From contig JAISJS010000117.1 in the NCBI GenBank assembly GCA_031261385.1, positions 1 through 40,978 on the forward strand: 40,978 bases of DNA, written 5' to 3'. Origin of the DNA: Treponema sp. (GTDB lineage: Bacteria; Spirochaetota; Spirochaetia; Treponematales; Breznakiellaceae). This document shows, piece after piece, positions 38,289 to 40,978 of the stretch; positions within the stretch are counted from its first letter, which is position 1, and each line of letters begins with the position of its first letter. A program made the position numbers and the translations under genes. Under the pieces are notes generated by a model that saw nothing but the letters and a program-made list of their open reading frames with translations, was not told where the DNA came from and searched no databases.

Positions 38289-39161
38289 TCATCCTGATAA
38301 CCCGGCGGCAAAAGCCTGCATGGCGATTCCAAAGGCCACCGATGCGTTAAGGCTGCCTTTTGCCCCGAATGTGGGGATGGATACCCTACCCAAAGATGCA
38401 TCCGAGCGGGCAAGCGCCTGCGGGCTTACCCCGAGCTCCTCCGATCCTACAATCATGATCCCCCGGCGGGGAAACGGAAATTCGGCCAGGGGGACGCCGC
38501 CTGTTTCCAGGGCAAAAAAAGGCCCCATAAAAGGACCTGAATTTGGTACCTTTAAAAGTTCATTACGGTCAGAATTTAGTACGTTATTTGATACTATAAA
38601 AGGGTCCTCTGACAAGCGTTCCCAATCCAGTACCTCAACACAGCCCATGGCGGTCCGCTCTGCCCGTGGATGATGCGGATCCGCGCAGAGCGGAGAGAGC
38701 CATAGTTTTTCCACGCCGAAAGACTCAGCCGTGCGGAACATCGCTCCTACGTTAAACGGCGAGCGTATATCCTCAAGGTACACCTGCATCCCCGCAAAAA
38801 ACCGTCTCCGCCCGCTTTCCAGTTTGCCGTCTCCGTCAACAAAATCCCAATCCGCAGGATAACGGCCCGTTTCTGCAAGCAGTAGGTGTTTTATCGAATT
38901 GAGGGCGCGCAGTACCGGCGCAGCCTCCGGTTTTTCGGCGTGAAGTATTTCAAGCGCAGCACGCAGGGCCTGCGTAACCACAGCGGAAAAAGCAGTATCC
39001 TGAAGCAGGATTTTCAGCGTATCTGCAAAATAGATTAATTCGGTACTTGAAAGCGGTTGTCCGTCGCGTAAAAGGCGAAGCTCAGCCTCGGCAAAGGTTT
39101 TTCCAATCTTGCGGAGCCGTTGGGAGCGGGGCAATTTTTCAAGTTTATGCAGGGGAATCAT
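38289..39161 (-). CDS. TrmH/SpoU-family RNA 2'-O-methyltransferase with N-terminal extension
   Basis: The C-terminal ~160 aa carries SPFNVGAMFRTAESFGV, IMIVGSEELGVS and IPTFGAKGSLNASVAFGIAM (SpoU motifs 1-3). The N-terminal ~125 aa is helical and unassigned. Confidence 0.8.
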   Translation of the reverse strand: MIPLHKLEKLPRSQRLRKIGKTFAEAELRLLRDGQPLSSTELIYFADTLKILLQDTAFSAVVTQALRAALEILHAEKPEAAPVLRALNSIKHLLLAETGRYPADWDFVDGDGKLESGRRRFFAGMQVYLEDIRSPFNVGAMFRTAESFGVEKLWLSPLCADPHHPRAERTAMGCVEVLDWERLSEDPFIVSNNVLNSDRNELLKVPNSGPFMGPFFALETGGVPLAEFPFPRRGIMIVGSEELGVSPQALARSDASLGRVSIPTFGAKGSLNASVAFGIAMQAFAAGLSG

Positions 39162-39328
39162 GTATCTATAATACTCAAATATACTAAAAAATCACCGTAC
39201 CGGCAAGAAAATTACATTTGAAGCAAAAAATCAACGTTTTGAAATGATTTTACTTGACCGAATAAGTAAGGTTTAAGTAATTTATATTTGTAACTTAAAA
39301 TCACAACAAAAAAAGGAGAATAATACAA

Positions 39329-40978
39329 ATGAAGTTACGATTCAAACTGACGTTAATAATGATCGCGATTATGGTTGTTATTATTTCCACGATTTCTGTT
39401 GTCCTTTTACAGCGGGCATCGGCGCTGCAAATAACGGCAGCGCAGGAAAATCTGGAATCGGATACGGCAAAATATGCCGCTCAACTGGCATCTCATTATC
39501 AGCAGTATCTGGACGCCGCCGAGGCCGCAGGCCAGGTCATGAGCGGATATGAAGATATAGCGCCTGATGAGCGGCGCGGCCGGATCCGGGAAACCCTTCT
39601 CAGCCTTTTTAACGCCAACAAAAACTGGGTGGGCGTGTATTCAGTCTGGAAGCCGGGTATCCTCGACGGTATGGACAGCCTGCATACCGGCGACGTTGAC
39701 GCCGACGAAGCAGGCAATTTTATTCCGTGGTTTGTCAGGAGCAACGGACAGGTAAAGCTGCAGTCATACAACGAAGCGCCATTTGAACTTTCACGAATGT
39801 CCGCCGATCACCGGGTAACCGATCCTTCCGTCTTTTATATTGATGGCGAAGAAGATTTTTCGGTAACCCTTATTTCGCCCATTCAGCGGCAGCATGACGG
39901 TGAAGTGGTCGGCATTGTCGGTATTCAGGTTAATCTGAATTATACACAAGAACTTATCAGGGACATAAAGCCCTACGGCGTGGGATCTGCCGGACTTGCA
40001 TCTCCCAACGGGACCATCGTGGCTCACCATGAGGAAGCGTTAATCGGTACTACCTTACAGGATAACAGCGAATGGTTCGGCGCCGATGAAGTTCTCCTGA
40101 TGGAAGACGCCCTTGAAACCGGAACGCCTGTCGTAATGACGGAAAAAGTCGACCGGACCCTGCGGCAATTTTATCCGTTTTATATCGGTGAAGCGGTACG
40201 GCCCTGGGCCATTATCGCTTCGGTAAACGAAGCGGTAGTGATGAAAAGCGTACATACCATGAAAATCTTTACGTTTATAATTGCTTCGGCTGCCGTCCTT
40301 ATAGCGGCGCTTATCATCTTTGTGTTTATATCGAACATCATTAAACCCATTGTTACGGTTGCCCTTACCCTTAAAGATATTTCCGAAGGCGCAGGCGACC
40401 TTACCAAAACAATTGAAGTAAAGGGTAAAGACGAGATTGCCGACCTTGCCCGGTACTTTAACAAGACTCTGGAAAAAATCCGGAACATGGTTGTTACCAT
40501 CAAAAAACAGGCCGGTTCACTTTTTGATATCGGGAACAAACTGGCTGCCAACATGACGGAGACCGCGGCGGCGATCAACGAGATCACTGCCAACATTCAG
40601 AGCATTAAGGGCCGGGTAATCAACCAGAGTGCATCGGTCACAGAGACCAATGCGACGATGGAACAGATCACCGTCAACATTGATAAACTTAACGGTCATG
40701 TCGAAAACCAGACCATCAGCGTGTCCAAATCATCCTCCGCCATTGAGGAGATGATAGCCAACATTCAGTCGGTTACGAATACCCTGGCAAAGAACACGGA
40801 AAGCGTCCAGGATCTTACCGAAGCTTCCGATGTAGGCCGCGCCGGTCTGCAGGAAGTATCCACGGATATTCAGGAGATTGCCGAGGAAAGCAAAGGCCTC
40901 CTGGAAATCAACAAGGTGATGCAGAATATTGCCGCCGAAACAAACCTGCTTTCGATGAACGCCGCCATAGAAGCCGCC
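39329..40978 (+). CDS. methyl-accepting chemotaxis protein (dCache-like sensor, HAMP, MA domain), 3' end beyond the window
   Basis: Not in the ORF track (no stop in window). AAAGGAG Shine-Dalgarno at 39312..39318 and ATG 39329, with the frame open for 550 codons to the edge. TM1 MKLRFKLTLIMIAIMVVIIS, a periplasmic ~250 aa domain, TM2 IFTFIIASAAVLIAALIIFVFI, HAMP (IKPIVTVALTLKDISEGAGDLTKTIE...DEIADLARYFN), and the signalling hairpin start ETNLLSMNAAIEAA. Confidence 0.9.
   Translation, partial: MKLRFKLTLIMIAIMVVIISTISVVLLQRASALQITAAQENLESDTAKYAAQLASHYQQYLDAAEAAGQVMSGYEDIAPDERRGRIRETLLSLFNANKNWVGVYSVWKPGILDGMDSLHTGDVDADEAGNFIPWFVRSNGQVKLQSYNEAPFELSRMSADHRVTDPSVFYIDGEEDFSVTLISPIQRQHDGEVVGIVGIQVNLNYTQELIRDIKPYGVGSAGLASPNGTIVAHHEEALIGTTLQDNSEWFGADEVLLMEDALETGTPVVMTEKVDRTLRQFYPFYIGEAVRPWAIIASVNEAVVMKSVHTMKIFTFIIASAAVLIAALIIFVFISNIIKPIVTVALTLKDISEGAGDLTKTIEVKGKDEIADLARYFNKTLEKIRNMVVTIKKQAGSLFDIGNKLAANMTETAAAINEITANIQSIKGRVINQSASVTETNATMEQITVNIDKLNGHVENQTISVSKSSSAIEEMIANIQSVTNTLAKNTESVQDLTEASDVGRAGLQEVSTDIQEIAEESKGLLEINKVMQNIAAETNLLSMNAAIEAA

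Noticed and set aside
1-40978. tRNA, rRNA, tmRNA or RNase P genes, prophage or cas genes.
   Set aside because: Inspection of all intergenic gaps above ~60 nt showed no T-loop/anticodon-arm pattern or other recognisable structured RNA except SRP RNA. No phage, integrase or cas-like translations appear in any frame.

Overview
The window is a 41-kb chromosomal segment that looks spirochaetal, most like a ~50% GC Treponema. That assignment is an inference from gene content, lipobox style and synteny; no database search was possible and all family calls come from motifs read in the translations.

Most of the window is core, tightly packed operons:
- An LptF/LptG-like permease pair followed by a J-domain membrane protein. 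The J-domain ORF is unlisted and runs off the left edge.
- An orphan STAS protein with a zinc ribbon.
- trmJ, then SRP RNA (ffs, not in the ORF track), then dnaX-ybaB-recR.
- A secreted cyclophilin-FKBP dual PPIase, an ApbE/Ftp lipoprotein and a PilZ protein.
- A 5-gene efflux operon: tandem-TetR, TolC, MFP, RND and a PII-like protein.
- A nitroreductase, a 548-aa orphan, lspA, Nif3 and a HATPase-HDOD protein.
- A same-strand block: hybrid histidine kinase, moeA, moeA-PBP, MOSC, mog and a NifS-like desulfurase.
- A second SpoU methylase, and a dCache/HAMP chemoreceptor that runs off the right edge.

The part the ORFs do not explain is 10.8-16.0 kb. This is an accessory patch in which three unrelated cargo modules are separated by copies of the same non-coding repeat families. 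The cargo modules are a PIN toxin-antitoxin pair, an orphan 824-aa lipoprotein and a C-terminal-only Rpn-family remnant. The repeat families are:
- ~160-nt imperfect hairpin units, once in tandem, bounded by the 13-mer GGTGACTGACACC.
- Hairpins whose arms are 9-nt-phased CACGAAC heptamers.
- A purine/GGA-rich module.

Solo or partial copies of these repeats recur at 23.45 kb and 27.6 kb.

Other points worth a second look:
- Five genes whose -10 box sits 5-6 nt from the ATG, suggesting leaderless mRNAs.
- A 20-bp palindromic operator between the tandem-TetR gene and the nitroreductase.
- The split NifS-like plus MOSC arrangement in the molybdenum-cofactor cluster.
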